DNA from: Trichoplax sp. H2
Lineage: Eukaryota
Assembly: GCA_003344405.1 (NCBI GenBank)
Contig: NOWV01000083.1
Span: forward strand, 170,119-234,118
Length of the DNA stretch: 64,000 nt
Direction of reading: 5' to 3'
The notes under the pieces were generated by a model that was given only the letters and a program-made list of their open reading frames with translations, was not told the DNA's origin and ran no database searches. Numbering within the stretch: position 1 is the first letter of the stretch; each line of letters starts with the position of its first letter. The position numbers and the translations under genes were made by a program. Below are positions 1 through 32,064 of the stretch, one piece after another.

Positions 1-43
1 ATTGGTGAGCCGCTGCACTTGAAATATGAACGCTTTTGCTTAC

Positions 44-186
44 TTATTATATATTATCATTGCATCATCTTGGGCTTCTCTCGCACAGTACTTGCCAGTC
101 TCTTTTGCCGTTACTAATTGCTGTCGAAAATTTTCCGATGTTTGCCAAAACTGTAGATAGTTTAAAGCATTTTCTTGCTCCATGAA
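44..186 (-). CDS. Candidate internal coding exon with an RGS-domain-like motif. It may belong to an unidentified gene downstream of NF1 on the same strand, or it may be spurious.
   Basis: Minus-strand ORF FMEQENALNYLQFWQTSENFRQQLVTAKETGKYCAREAQDDAMIIYN. The acceptor ...gcctag| lies immediately after an in-frame stop, and the donor AA|GTAAGC is at 43-42. The pattern F-EEN-x3-FW-x5-F+ resembles the RGS core (SEENIDFWISCEEYKK). No supporting upstream exons were found. Confidence 0.2.
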
Positions 187-589
187 CTAGGCATACAAAA
201 TAAGAAAACAGCACAATATTCATTGGTGTGTTGTGTTAAACACATACAAATCCTTAAACTTTGAATAAGCTATTATCATTATTTTATTTAAGATTACTCA
301 ATCAGCATATACCTCCATGAAGTAGAACATTGCCATCTCATTATATAATATGTCTGCAACGCTAATTCGCGTACTAGTTAATATATCTACTTGATAATTA
401 CTATACATTTCACTGCATAAAAAATATGGAAAAATCCTAATAATAAATATAGAGAAATATGCATTCAGTCTAGTGAAAGGATTTTGATAATTAAAATTTT
501 AACTTTTAAATATAAATTAGAAAAGCAATAGTACTTCAATACATCACTATCATAAATACGTTTGTAATATACCGTTCCATTTTATTAAA

Positions 590-20882
<20,293 letters not shown>

Positions 20883-23800
20883 CTAAAAAATATCATAGCC
20901 ATTAAATTAGTTCAGAAAGATAAATCAATACATTTTATATGAATGTGTATACGTTCACTGTATACGGATCCTATGCATTAGTGAAAAGTAGCAAATCGGA
21001 ATTTGAATGTATAGTGACGTATTTTATACCATTTCTGAGTGAACTACCCATAAATTGAATCGTTGCATTCTTAAGATATAATATACCATGGATTATAGCT
21101 ATCGCTTCGGAATAACACCCATTGCAATTGACCGACACACTAACATGTATGCATAGCAATTTTGCACTTAATAAAGACAGAAATATATATCCTAAATTTG
21201 ATCAAATCGGTCTTGTAATATATATTTATTATAAATACTACATACCAGAGACCTACAGTAATTAATAAACATATACGTATATTACTTGAATAGCAAGTTC
21301 TTTATGATAATGCTGGTCAAAATGCTTCGCAGCTAGTGTTCGTGAATTAGATATTGCAATATTTGCTTTGAGATGTGTTTGTATTGTAATCCTTTGTTGC
21401 ATAATGTAACGGGGGAAAATGAGTCAATTTTAGGATCTAGACAACATCAAGACCGAGCAATACGCGTATTTGATTGATAGAGGTACTGTTTTGTCTCTAT
21501 GGTTTCACCCAACTAATACGACTTACATAAATAAAAATTATTACAGTTATACAATCCCGTGGGATAGATATATATTATCATACAAAGGATATTCACCTGT
21601 GCCGCATGCTCAAATGACTGATGTACGTACTCTACTGGACATTGGTAGTCCGCTGAATGTTAATACACATACGCAATGATTCCTGTAGCGCGTAGTCATG
21701 CAATCGTTAAGCGTAATAGACGAGTACAGTACATTGATGACTGTACTGTGCTGTACTTTGTCATCGACAACGAGATGCACAATGAACTAAATGAGAATGA
21801 TAAAACACCTAAGAATCAATATTACATATTACTCATTATCGTAAATATCTACTATACACTATACAGTACTGTACGCTATACGCGTATTTCTTCAATCGAC
21901 ATAGTGTCAGGAAAGCACATTATTAAATAAAGTCTAAACGTGTAACACTAAATAATAGCTCTTAAATAAATTGATTATAAAAGTTAACTATCTTATAGGG
22001 TCTTTAGTTAAGCCCAATGAAATAATAACGTACGTAGAAATAATGTACTGCACTATTATTGATGAGTAAGGGTAATTCATTTATTGTTACTTAACAATAG
22101 TATGGATATAAAAATATACTCGTATTACCGACACAGATTTAAGCATTTCTGCTACTCTATTCGGAAACAGATTAAAAAAAAATAATTAAATAAAGAATAT
22201 TTTTGGTTGATTTAGTAACATGACAATGATGATAGAATAGTTTTATGCCTTTATAGTTAAAGGTACAAACGCACATTAGAATATGGATGAGTCAACGTGC
22301 CAGTAGTTACAATAGATAAATTATGATGACAAAAACTTGCTTCTAAAACTGATTGTCTGATCTGATTTGGCAACGTTAAACGGCACTTGAATAGCGTCAC
22401 CGTACAGAATATTACTTACCTATGCACTTATACATAGTATTTCAATCGTACTTTATAATGAGTTCACCAGCACCCCAATGTCAAAATGTAGAAGTGCAAA
22501 GTGAATGAAAACTTAAAATTTCTAGTAATTGAAATTAATCTTGTAACCGTAATATTAAACAGATCCTGCACACTAAGTTGAGCATTGTCAGTGAAAGTAC
22601 ATTGAACATGAATTCGAGTTTTTCCTTAAAATTTTTATTGTTAATATTAGTCGATTTGTGTGCAACCGTAAACTAGGCATAACTGCTCACAATAAAACCT
22701 ATTTATCAACACTGCGGTATCTAGAGGCCAATCTACTGCAGCAAGTTGACGACACTATTACAAGACCATGCGTCAATGGTGTATCACTTACGAAAGCATA
22801 AAATTGAGTAGTTTTGCTCTTTGAACAAAGTAGAAGAAAGTACGCGCATTACAAAAACGTAATACAGTATAGCGAAAATTCTCTCGACACTCCAAAGACA
22901 TCATCTGATTTATTATAATATTACATATTGTGAGAGTTTTAGCATCGTAAAGTAGTAGTAGTACAGGCTATAAGGGGTACTAATAAATTTTTTTTTCTTA
23001 AAAGTTAAGTTTGTACATTCACTTGCGGCATAAGGTACTGCAACACACTCACTCATTTACCTCATAACTATAACATCGTACACAGTAACTAAAAAATGAG
23101 GATTGACACTCACATCCCTTATGTACACATTTGTAAACGAATTTAATTTTTATAACAGAAACGGCATGCAGAGCACGATGTTATTCTATCAAACACTGTA
23201 CTGTACGGTAGACAATAATACCGTAATTACAACATAATAATAGCCAGCAAGTTCGTAATCCTGCAACTCTACTTTGTCAGTGGATATTCGATATCTTTTT
23301 AGATGAAGTAAATTCAGCCAATCACACATTCACTCTGTAAGCAATTCAAAGCTTCACAGTTTGTGAGGTAATAATTATATTATTGTTGTTGTACGATGCA
23401 TAGTAACATGTACACCGAAATATACAAGCACAAAGTGAATCTAGAGTTCCATACGGTATCAAAGTTTAAATTAATTAAATGTAAGTTTATCACCTCTAAA
23501 ACTAACAGGGAAGACCACTTTACCTCGGATGAGGGAAAAACAAACTAATTATCTTGCAGTAATAGTAAATTAACTGTGATAATGTAAATTATCCAATCTT
23601 AATCTGTTAATTAATCTGTTATTTCTGCAAAACCCAACCATAGGTAGCTTAAGTTAGTTAAAATCCTGAATGTCTGATTATAATAAAATAATAATTAATG
23701 CTTAATATCGGTCATACATGAACAAGAACGGTTAGTGTACAGTAGTAGTGTACCTTTTGGGGATTGTTTTGATAAGCTAGATTTAAGGATTAGGCAAAAT

Positions 23801-24644
23801 TGTAGGAATAGATAAACATAGGATACTGTTTCGAATATTCGTAATGATATACAGTATATGTTATATATATATATATATCTATAATATATACGTATATAAC
23901 AAAACTTTCTTAGTCAGCAGAATTGAACTGATTAAATCATCCAGTAACTGTAACTGTATTGAATAGCATTTCATTTAACTATGCCATACAGTGCAAAATA
24001 TGACTTTCTACACCGTAATTCATCAATTATTACTGATAAAATATGATAGTATCATTAATCAATAAAAATATTCCGAAATAAATGCACAATCCAGTCTTTA
24101 CCTGTTTATCAAATCGGTCGATTATTGCCTGAACCCATTCGTTACACTGAGGTATGATCGCCATGGATGTCCGATGACATGAAATGGTAATCTCTCTCTT
24201 ATGTTAGGCAGATATCGTAGTACGTACAGTAGTAGATATATCCTCTACTTTATAGTTTCATCCACTTAATCATAAGAGTTGATGGCTTCTAGAACGCCGG
24301 ATATAAGGCGATTTCAGTCTAATTTACTCGTGTACGTAAAGTATCTGCCCTCTAAACCATTCACTAAATTATTACTCAGTAAAGCAAGGTATCGTACAGT
24401 ACTACGTAGAATGATTGGTTAGTTAATTAAGTTACCGTAAGACCAAAGCATCTTTTACAATGTATTTGAAGGGTACAGCAATTGTCCAAAATTACTCATT
24501 ACTTTCTTATATTAATACTGTCAAACTGTTATTCCACCATTCACCAGTAACGGCAGCAAGTCACACAACATACAACACAATATCCTGATTATAATTACCA
24601 TTAATGATTTGCAAGCTGCTTATTTCGACACGGTTTTGTTTTTA

Positions 24645-24990
24645 CTGTATCAATTATACAATATACAGTACTGTCTGTGCTAATACGGTACAGTACTTAC
24701 TATAATTATTACAGTACGATACCGCGGACTAACAACCATTCGAAAGACGTCATACTCAGTTGATATACAGTAGGTATTGTACTGAACAGTACACTACTGT
24801 ACACTGTACAGTATAATAAAAAAAGAAAGAAAAAACTTTTATCTTTTTACCAGATCAAAGACTACTGTACAGTACAGCATGCTCCTTGCACGATCTCTAC
24901 AGTACTGTACTGTACATCATAATACAATACAGTAGTACTATACTGTACACACAGTACAGTATAGCGCACAGTACTGTACTGTACATTGGG
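24645..24990. repeat. Interrupted (TACTG)n/(CAGTA)n palindromic microsatellite cluster.
   Basis: Direct reading: gtacagtactgtctg...tactgtacagtacagcatg...ctgtactgtacat. Confidence 0.85.
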
Positions 24991-25183
24991 ATCCGATTTC
25001 TTCAATGCGTTTGAATAGTAAAAACTAAAAACTATAGGTAAAACGCTTAAAAACGATTAATCGTTATGAACCTTCCTATACAGATAGATCTCTTATTATA
25101 TATTAAAATCATACATTTGCGATCATTTTTGTACAAATTGATGCAGAAATTGTAATATCGAATCCATCGGATCACGTCGTGCA

Positions 25184-26200
25184 TACAGTACAGTATTACG
25201 ACACAGTGCAATAACCAAATCCATACTGTACTGTACTGTACTGTACACTGTACAGCATTCAGTGTCGTCAATCTTTCTTTTCAGCTTAAACAGTAATTCT
25301 CCAGAATTTACTGAAAAATTTTTTAAATTGGACATTTTACTGGACAGTGGCCCGGCAGGGCATTATCTTTTTCTGATTTATTAACAGATTATTTCTATTA
25401 TTGAGGAATTTTTACTTCTGTACTAACTCAAATCGTTTAACATTAAACCGGAACCTGATCCAGTGATGCATTACATACGGTACTGTAGTAATTGTAATAG
25501 TGTGTACTATACTGTACACTTGAAATATCTTTTACCGTGCGACTGTACTCTACTGTACCGTCTGTACGGTAAGAGTATGATTGCAGCTGGTTCGTCTGTG
25601 GTTACGAATTTACTGTACGTAATTGCTAGCGAATCTGACATGGAGGAATACGAATTCTTCCACCCCACTATCTTTAAACCGCAAGGAACAGTTTTTAGCG
25701 GAAAAATACAGATAATTATTCACATATCTCTTGATTTTAAGAGTTGGGGGCATATTACTGACCACACGCCCAGAAATCTATAAATAGCCATACACGCTAC
25801 AGTATACAGTGTACAGTTCGTCGTACAAAATTTTAAAATACTGTAATCTTCGTACTGTACTGTACTGTACTGTACTGTAGTGCTCAATAGAGACCCTACA
25901 GTACTGTACAGTACAGTGCTGTACTTTATACTGTACTGTACAGTACTGTACAGTATTCACTATTCAGTACCGTTCCGTAGTACTGTACAGTACTGTACTG
26001 TACTGTACTGTAAAAGAAATCTCGATACAGCACAGTACTGTACATTAAAGCGTATAGCAGAGTTCTGACTAGTGAGCATTAGTGTTAGGATTGCTTTCAT
26101 TTTGTCTGCATGTCTACAGTACTGTACAGTACTGTACATCCCTCTGTAATACTGTACTGTACTGTATAGTACTATACAGTCTATACTATACAGTGTACAA
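25184..26200. repeat. Cluster of several (TACTG)n/(CAGTA)n tracts in the intergenic desert between NF1 and KMT5A.
   Basis: Tracts lie at about 25184-25258, 25470-25570, 25790-26060 and 26115-26200. Every ORF here is a repeat translation (STVQYCTVQY...). Confidence 0.85.
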
Positions 26201-28856
26201 ATGTGTTTTGCTGGTGTAACAAATGCAACCAATCAACGATCGATATTTCCAGAGTGGGGGTGGCAACGTAAAGAATGTGTGAAAAATTTCTTTAATTTTT
26301 ATAGTAATATAAAAGTTATGTTATTATCGGTTGCAGCTCACATAACTTCGGTTCTGAAAACGTTCCAAGATTTGACATAACGGCTAAAAAAGTGCTCCAA
26401 ACGTTCGTGTGTCCACCTGAATGTACGTACTTATCACTTGTCTCTTCTATTTTCCTAGATGAATTCAAAATTTCGTATACGTACTGTAAGTACAGTGTTA
26501 TTAACCTTAACCTGGTCTTCTAAAACTAGATCCTGCTATCATATCAGAATAACTCTTACAGCCTCGATTTGCTAGAACTTGCAGATTGAACCCTTTGGTT
26601 AGCAAGACCTACGAATACAGTACGCAATTATTGTAAATAACACGTAACTGATGATAATTGTTAGTCGCCATAGTTGCAGCGACTTCACCTTTCGGATCAA
26701 CTCGATCCCACATTTCTTACCGTAACACCAAAAGTACAGTATTCGTAATCATTATTTACACCAATTTTCAACCATGTTATGGTAGCTTTTAGTATACTAA
26801 AGTAATGCTGTAGCACAACTTTATTAGGATCGTATATAATAGCTATTCTGCCGTTTTCTACTTCTACTTACCTTAAAATTTTGAAATTATGAAACTTAGA
26901 TCAATTCTATCCAAAGTTAACAGGATCCACAATGGGTCGAAAACTACTTAAATCTGGTAGGTTGAAAGTCTCCTAATGACGATGTATCTTATTATAATTA
27001 TAATTGTAATCAATAATCCGCTGTAACAATTACTAATCATAAGTATCGATCATTGCGCTAATACTTCTGTAATTCTATGGCTTATTCAATTAAATTATTT
27101 CGAAGCATCTACGTAGATCTTTCGATGTATAAATCTAGGATATTTTTAATATTTTTATTACTTGTGTTACATTGCAATTTGCACGGTATATGAACTGTTA
27201 ACAGCACACATCTCAGTATCGCTAAGAACTGTAGCTCGCTCGGGCTTGATGCCTTCGTATCAAATCATTATACTGTATCAAAAAGTGGTTAAAAGTTTAT
27301 AGTAGTACCATGGTAGTTTGTCTGCGAAGCGACTGGAAGTTAAGCCACCGATCGATTAATTTGTATTATAAAACGCGTGTTGAAGTGTACAATGTCAATG
27401 TACAGACCGCTTAAATCTATTATGTTAGGATAATTTTGTCCGTGTGTGTGTATACTTTTCAGTACATAATAACGCGAGTAGTAACTACTTAAAAGGTCTT
27501 CTTTTAAACGAAGACTGTAATGTAGTACGCTTGCATAGTACTAGGAAGTTACAGTCATCTGAAGTGATCCCAAATTTAAGATGCTAAAGAAATACGAAAT
27601 TCTTGACGCAGTAACTTTAATGCTGGTAGTTACTAACAGTAGTTAAGTAATTGATTAATATTCTACTATATTGCAGTTCTGGATATCTATAAATCAAAAC
27701 GTAAATAGTGGCTACGCAGATCTTGTATTCTCTAAAAGTGTACCGATGGTTATTGTACTGCAATTTTGCTTATGTAACTTAGAAATTTTTATAAGTATCT
27801 GCAGTAACAATTATAATTGCTCATACTCATTTAGAAAATAAAAAACTGCCTTTAAAAGCCAACGGAGAAGCCCTTAAAAGGTACAATATTTGTTCGTGAC
27901 GCATACGGAAGTAGATTTTCAGTAACGAGTATGCATCAGTTCTGCACTTTAGACGTGTTGTATACAGCAGCTGATTCCCTACATTCACCACTGTAAAGGT
28001 ACCGAGATATTTTATACGCATCTCTGCAGATTTACTGTTGACACTAAACTAGCTTTAAATAGTTTCTTGAATAACGTTGTGCTATCTCTTCAATGGAAAT
28101 TTTTATTCTACAATATACTGATAGATAGAATAAGATCATTGAGAACATTCTCTGTATTAATTAGTAATCCACTGCTATATATTGTCAATACCACTCAAGC
28201 AAGGCGCGTACGTAAATTCTCCCTTTAGAATAATGGTAAAAAACATTAGATTTCAAGAAATTGTTACCTCTATTCGACAGTGCCATAATATCTGCGATTT
28301 AGAGTACTGTACCTATCATAACTAACTAACATGATCTTGCAATGCTATATCACTCTGAAAATAATTAATCACATCAAGTCAAATATTATTGTATTATTAA
28401 TTCGGTTATGCGAGTATACGAGCGATCGACGTGGATATTAAATCATACGCTGCATAAATGACAAGAATCTTCTAATCTGTTTATGCTTCTACTGTACTAT
28501 TGTGTTCTCACGCTGTCATCGATTTATCTTTCATACTTGCAATATGTACGTGTCTTATCGTTTTAATAAATCCTCTCTTTGCCATAGTACTCTTTAATAG
28601 ATTACAGTACACTAGGTTCTCGTATCTTATGGCAGGTATACTAATAAAATTTACGTAAACAAATATAAAAGAATGCTACCGACACGAGCAGGACTAAATA
28701 AACTATAAACCTACAGTACTTGAAGAACAGATTTTAAAAGCTTACTGTACTTTCATTAAGCTATGTAGGAAACCTTTCGCACTTGCAATCTTTAAATCAT
28801 AACGTACTGCTTCTTTCAAAATGAATTTAAAGACACTATTATTGTCAATTTTGCAG

Positions 28857-29007
28857 AAGTCACCCATCAGTTCCACCACTACAAACAAAAATCACAGATT
28901 TATTTCCTGTACGACGTAGTACAAGAAAATGCAAATCGGATTTAAAGAACGCAGAAGAAGCTTTCATGATACAATACATTCTCACTAATAAAGAAGATGG
29001 AATACAG
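28857..29007 (+). CDS. KMT5A: KMT5A/SET8 (PR-Set7) exon encoding the pre-SET region. Upstream 5' exons were not located.
   Basis: The acceptor is ttttgcag| and the donor is CAG|GTACAT. It encodes SHPSVPPLQTKITDLFPVRRSTRKCKSDLKNAEEAFMIQYILTNKEDGIQ, which matches human KLTDFYPVRRSSRKSKAELQSEERKRIDELIESGKEEGMK. Confidence 0.8.
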
Positions 29008-29156
29008 GTACATTAAATTGATTACATACTTAAAGCAATTTAAAAGTAGCGATTTCATCGATGAAGGCGTCATCTAGTCGCACGATGCGACAAATTTTCT
29101 ATTTAAATTATTTCAAATTTAGTAATAATAGATCAAATCACGTCTACAATATATAG

Positions 29157-29347
29157 ATGATTTATACTGAAGGCAAAGGTAGGGGTATTGTAACGACAAA
29201 ACCCTTCAAGAAAGGTGATTTCCTATGTGAGTATGCAGGAGAATTAATCTCTCGAAAAGAAGCTTTACAACGCGAAGTTAGCTATGGTAAAGATCCAAAC
29301 ATTGGAAATTATATGTACTTTTTCTCATATAAAGGTTCTGATTTTTG
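29157..29347 (+). CDS. KMT5A: KMT5A/SET8 exon (SET domain, N-terminal half).
   Basis: MIYTEGKGRGIVTTKPFKKGDFLCEYAGELISRKEALQREVSYGKDPNIGNYMYFFSYKGSDF matches human IDLIDGKGRGVIATKQFSRGDFVVEYHGDLIEITDAKKREALYAQDPSTGCYMYYFQYLSKTY. The acceptor is atatag| and the donor is TG|GTAAGA. Confidence 0.9.
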
Positions 29348-29475
29348 GTAAGAAACGAAAGCTACCTAACTAATTAATAAATATGCTATTTCTGAGATAA
29401 TACTATTTTGTGTAAGTTTACAATAGAAACATTCGAAAACGTACGTATATTAATCATTATGGTAAATTTCTCTAG

Positions 29476-29692
29476 TGTCGACGCAACGAAAGAAACTGAT
29501 CGACTAGGGCGCCTTGTTAACCACAGCAGGAAGAACTATAATTCTATCAGCAGGCTCATACCTATAAACGGTAACCCTCACCTTGTATTGATAGCGTATA
29601 GGGATATTGGAATAGGTGAAGAATTATTATATGATTATGGTGATCATAGCAAAAAATCTATTGAAGCTCATCCATGGTTGGAATTATAAATT
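29476..29692 (+). CDS. KMT5A: KMT5A/SET8 terminal exon (SET domain, C-terminal half, with stop).
   Basis: (C)VDATKETDRLGRLVNHSRKN...HLVLIAYRDIGIGEELLYDYGDHSKKSIEAHPWLEL* matches human CVDATRETNRLGRLINHSK...HLILIASRDIAAGEELLYDYGDRSKASIEAHPWLKH*. The acceptor is tctctag|. Confidence 0.9.
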
Positions 29693-30464
29693 TAGAATTG
29701 TATTTGTATAGAATATTCAGAGTATCTTCTTTTATCTTACAGTGCAACGAACACTGAAAATCCTCTGTAAATTTTCTTATATACTATAATTATACTAAGT
29801 TATTAATTCTAAATAGCGCTCAAATAGTCCGTCTATCCGTAATAATTTTACTTAAAATGTAACGGTATATATATATGTCATATACAAACTATAGATTGTG
29901 ACACGAAACTCTAATGAGAATCGTTACAAGTTATAAGCTGTATTATTTCATGAGTAAAGTGTTTTAATATTATTCTGTACAGTAAGTAGCAATCGCATAT
30001 GTAAATTGTACAGTATGCTTTAGAATTTGTTTGATATACAGTACTATACTTCTTTCTGAATATGCTATGCACTCTGTGCAGCATATGGCACAAGGAATAA
30101 ATAACTCCTTGTATTGCTATAGTCTACAATTATGTTACTGTACATTTCTTTTTAATATTCTACTATTATACAGTTTATATAATTTTTCTGCATATGTGTT
30201 AATATGCTATTTAAAGCGACTGTTCATAAATTCTTGAACATTAAATTTTGACGCAATAAATTAAAATTTTTTTAATGCACACCACTATTTTCATTAGATC
30301 TTATTTATCGCATGAGGTATAGTATGATGTAAAGTAAAAAAAGGACATAAAACTATAGATATTTCTCTCTCTCATCTACGGATAAAATCTTAGAACTCAC
30401 TAGATATTGCAAAAGTAAAAAAAATTAGTAAAAATTTTTCCCAATAATTTAAGTTCACAGACTC

Positions 30465-30615
30465 ACTGTACTGTACAATACAGTACAGTAAGCTACAACG
30501 AACAATAGGATTGTATGGAGCACTGCGTATGATGCAAGTAACGTGCTGTACTGTACACTGTACAGTACAGAAAAGTAGTGTCTTGTACTGTACTGTACAG
30601 TATGTAATTGAAAAA
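30465..30615. repeat. (TACTG)n/(CAGTA)n palindromic microsatellite flanking the 3' side of the tRNA gene.
   Basis: ctgtactgtacaatacagtacagtaagc...gtactgtacactgtacagtacag...tactgtactgtacagtatg. Confidence 0.85.
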
Positions 30616-30618
30616 TTG

Positions 30619-30625
30619 AAAAAAA
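30619..30625 (-). terminator. RNA polymerase III terminator (T7 run) immediately 3' of tRNA-Ile.
   Basis: The minus-strand sequence after the tRNA 3' end is GTCATAAATTTTTTTC. Confidence 0.7.
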
Positions 30626-30633
30626 TTTATGAC

Positions 30634-30706
30634 TGGTCCGCATGGGGCTCGAACCCACGACCTTCGCGTTATCAGCACGACGCTCTGCCGACTGAGCTAA
30701 CGGACC
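30634..30706 (-). tRNA. tRNA-Ile(GAU): Nuclear tRNA-Ile with a GAT anticodon. It is 73 nt and has no intron.
   Basis: The minus-strand sequence is GGTCCGTTAGCTCAGTCGGCAGAGCGTCGTGCTGATAACGCGAAGGTCGTGGGTTCGAGCCCCATGCGGACCA. The fold is a cloverleaf with a 7-bp acceptor stem, a D stem GCTC/GAGC, an anticodon stem TCGTG/CGCGA with loop CTGATAA (GAT at positions 34-36), and a T stem GTGGG/CCCAT with loop TTCGAGC. The body closely matches eukaryotic tRNA-Ile(AAT) apart from A34 to G. Confidence 0.9.
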
Positions 30707-30819
30707 ACTCCGACAATGTACATTCTACAATACTATTAAAAACAAGATGTAGCGCTCAAACCTCACAAATTTCACCGGGATCGTAAAGACACGATTCATT
30801 CAATGAGTCACAGTATCGT

Positions 30820-30965
30820 ACTGTAACTGTAAAACATTTAGCAACACTTAATATTTTTACGTATTACATCATAATGTACAGTATAGTACCGTGCAGTACT
30901 ATACTGTAGTGTGCTGTACTGTACAGTATGGACCGTGACATACTGTACAATACAGTACTGTATAT
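30820..30965. repeat. (TACTG)n/(CAGTA)n palindromic microsatellite 5' of the tRNA gene, between the tRNA and the p62 promoter.
   Basis: gtactgtaactg...gtacagtatagtaccgtgcagtactatactgtagtgtgctgtactgtacagtatg...tactgtacaatacagtactgtat. Confidence 0.85.
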
Positions 30966-31040
30966 ATTTATTTATAAACATTAGTGTACTGTATAATATG
31001 GACGGTTTGTATTATATGCTGTATAATAACTTCTATATTT

Positions 31041-31062
31041 GCTGACTGTAATTGATTCAGCA
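31041..31062. promoter_or_regulatory. Inverted-repeat motif GCTGACTGTAATTGATTCAGCA, which contains Maf/ARE-like half-sites (TGCTGAC ... TCAGCA). This is copy 1 of 2 upstream of p62.
   Basis: The motif lies about 300 bp upstream of the p62 ATG. Copy 2 is at 31153-31173. Confidence 0.3.
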
Positions 31063-31152
31063 AAACATAGGTCTTAAAGACATTAAAGCATCGAACCTTC
31101 AAATCCTAGAGCAGATACGTATATGTATATTTCTAAAGCGTTTGTTCTTTCC

Positions 31153-31173
31153 GCTGACTGTCGTTGATTCAGC
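31153..31173. promoter_or_regulatory. Inverted-repeat motif GCTGACTGTCGTTGATTCAGC, copy 2 of 2.
   Basis: It is nearly identical to copy 1 over 21 bp and lies 112 bp downstream of it, about 190 bp upstream of the p62 ATG. Confidence 0.3.
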
Positions 31174-31343
31174 GAAATCTCCACTGTCCAGAACTTTCTA
31201 GAATATCGGGCGAAGTGCTTATATACTGAACTCTCGGCGCTGACATTTTACACTTACGATTTTACTCCGTTTCCTGTTTGGTTTCTGGAAAGACTTTCAT
31301 TCATCAAATTTAAGCTTCTCAAGTATCCCCGTGTTCATCCGCA

Positions 31344-31494
31344 ATGTCTCTTATCGTTAAAGCTTATAGTGACGACGAAATCCGTCGATTCGCATTGGAC
31401 CAGAACGTAACAACTAGTTACAACTATCTTTATCAAAAGATTGGCACTCTTTTTCCAAATTTACTAAGAGATTCCTATGTACTAAAGTGGTGTG
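31344..31494 (+). CDS. SQSTM1: SQSTM1/p62-like autophagy receptor, exon 1 (start codon and first half of the PB1 domain).
   Basis: MSLIVKAYSDDEIRRFALDQNVTTSYNYLYQKIGTLFPNLLRDSYVLKWC matches human p62 [25 protein letters not shown]...RVAALFPALRPGGFQAHY. The donor is G|GTAAGC. Confidence 0.8.
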
Positions 31495-31968
31495 GTAAGC
31501 ACTTATAGCGTATTTAGCCTGATTAAGCATAGCTTTACAATATTTTTAATCATTCGATTAATCAAACTCAGGATATGAAATTTAAAATTTTTGCTACTTC
31601 ATGTATTGTATTGTGCTACATGCTCTGCGTATACCTTTACGCTCTTCATTGATACGGAACCGATAGTTGAAAATTGAAAATGATGTTAAGAATTTTTCTT
31701 GACAAGGATACAGTCCTTAATCCTTCACAAATTTAGGTTCTAGACACAGTAAAGGTTGCTTGACTATCTTATCTCACTTTGTGTGGACTGTACTGTAGTT
31801 ACAAAATATATCCGTTTAAAAGAGTTCTAATGTAAAAGCAACATCTACTTTGCTATGCTGCATCGTGCAGTAATTGGCTCTTAAGGACCATATACATTGT
31901 ATAGGTGATAATCACTTCCATCGGTCACTTATCGTAATTTCGTTTCAAAATCGTATTTACAATTGCAG

Positions 31969-32064
31969 ATACTGATGGCGACCTTATCACTTTTTCGTCT
32001 GATGATGAATTGATTGATGCTCTAAGTAACAGGAATGATGAAATCTTCCGCGTATACATCAAAG
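31969..32064 (+). CDS. SQSTM1: p62-like exon 2 (PB1 OPCA motif).
   Basis: (D)TDGDLITFSSDDELIDALSNRNDEIFRVYIK matches human [33 protein letters not shown]. The acceptor is ttgcag| and the donor is AAAG|GTAAAC. Confidence 0.85.

Noticed and set aside
21470-21930. Two adjacent plus-strand ORFs (69 and 84 aa) upstream of NF1.
   Set aside because: They have no homology, lie in AT-rich repeat-containing intergenic sequence, and show no splice or start context. They were also checked as a possible NF1 exon 1 location on the minus strand, without success.
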